Source: Dimorphilus gyrociliatus
Taxonomy: Eukaryota > Animalia > Annelida
NCBI GenBank assembly: GCA_904063045.1
Contig: CAJFCJ010000012.1
Span: 1,178,001-1,242,000, forward strand
Direction: 5' to 3'
DNA: 64,000 nt
Position 1 is the stretch's first letter. Every line of letters starts with the position of its first letter. A program made the translations under genes and the position numbers. The notes under the pieces are model-generated. The model did no database searches, was not told where the DNA came from, and saw only the letters and a list, made by a program, of their open reading frames with translations. Shown one piece after another: positions 63,944 through 64,000 of this stretch.

Positions 63944-64000
63944 CTACAATTAGAAATTATTTTCAGAATGTTTTCACAAATTCAAGTACTCAATTTTTTA

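Noticed and set aside
1-64000. Functional clustering of neural, muscle and Hippo-pathway genes
   Set aside because: No shared pathway logic or demonstrable co-regulation; such neighbourhoods arise by chance in gene-dense animal genomes.

Overview
Eukaryotic, strongly AT-rich, gene-dense animal DNA with mostly short (55-100 nt) GT-AG introns. Paramyosin and the overall style suggest a compact-genome lophotrochozoan such as an annelid (inference). All exon models were built by hand from splice signals and reading-frame continuity. Genes in order: protocadherin (-, runs off the left edge, absent from the ORF track); WSC + 3xTSP1 single-pass membrane protein (-, joins two ORFs of the track); intronless NPY/sNPF-type GPCR (-); paramyosin (+); KCTD8/12/16-type BTB protein (-); one 22-exon gene whose exons chain in phase into five tandem calmodulin-like modules (20 EF-hand positions, -); a divergent XRCC2-like RAD51 paralog (+); a small ankyrin-repeat/poly-Lys protein (+); Rab32/38 (-); a secreted, probably GPI-anchored, channel-less ionotropic glutamate receptor ligand-binding domain (+); and the 3' part of KIBRA/WWC (-). 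The two stand-out systems are the natural S1-S2-fused iGluR binding protein without a pore and the penta-calmodulin gene with candidate internal first exons that would give 5-, 4-, 3- and 1-module isoforms. No tRNA, rRNA, CRISPR or clear transposon was recognised.
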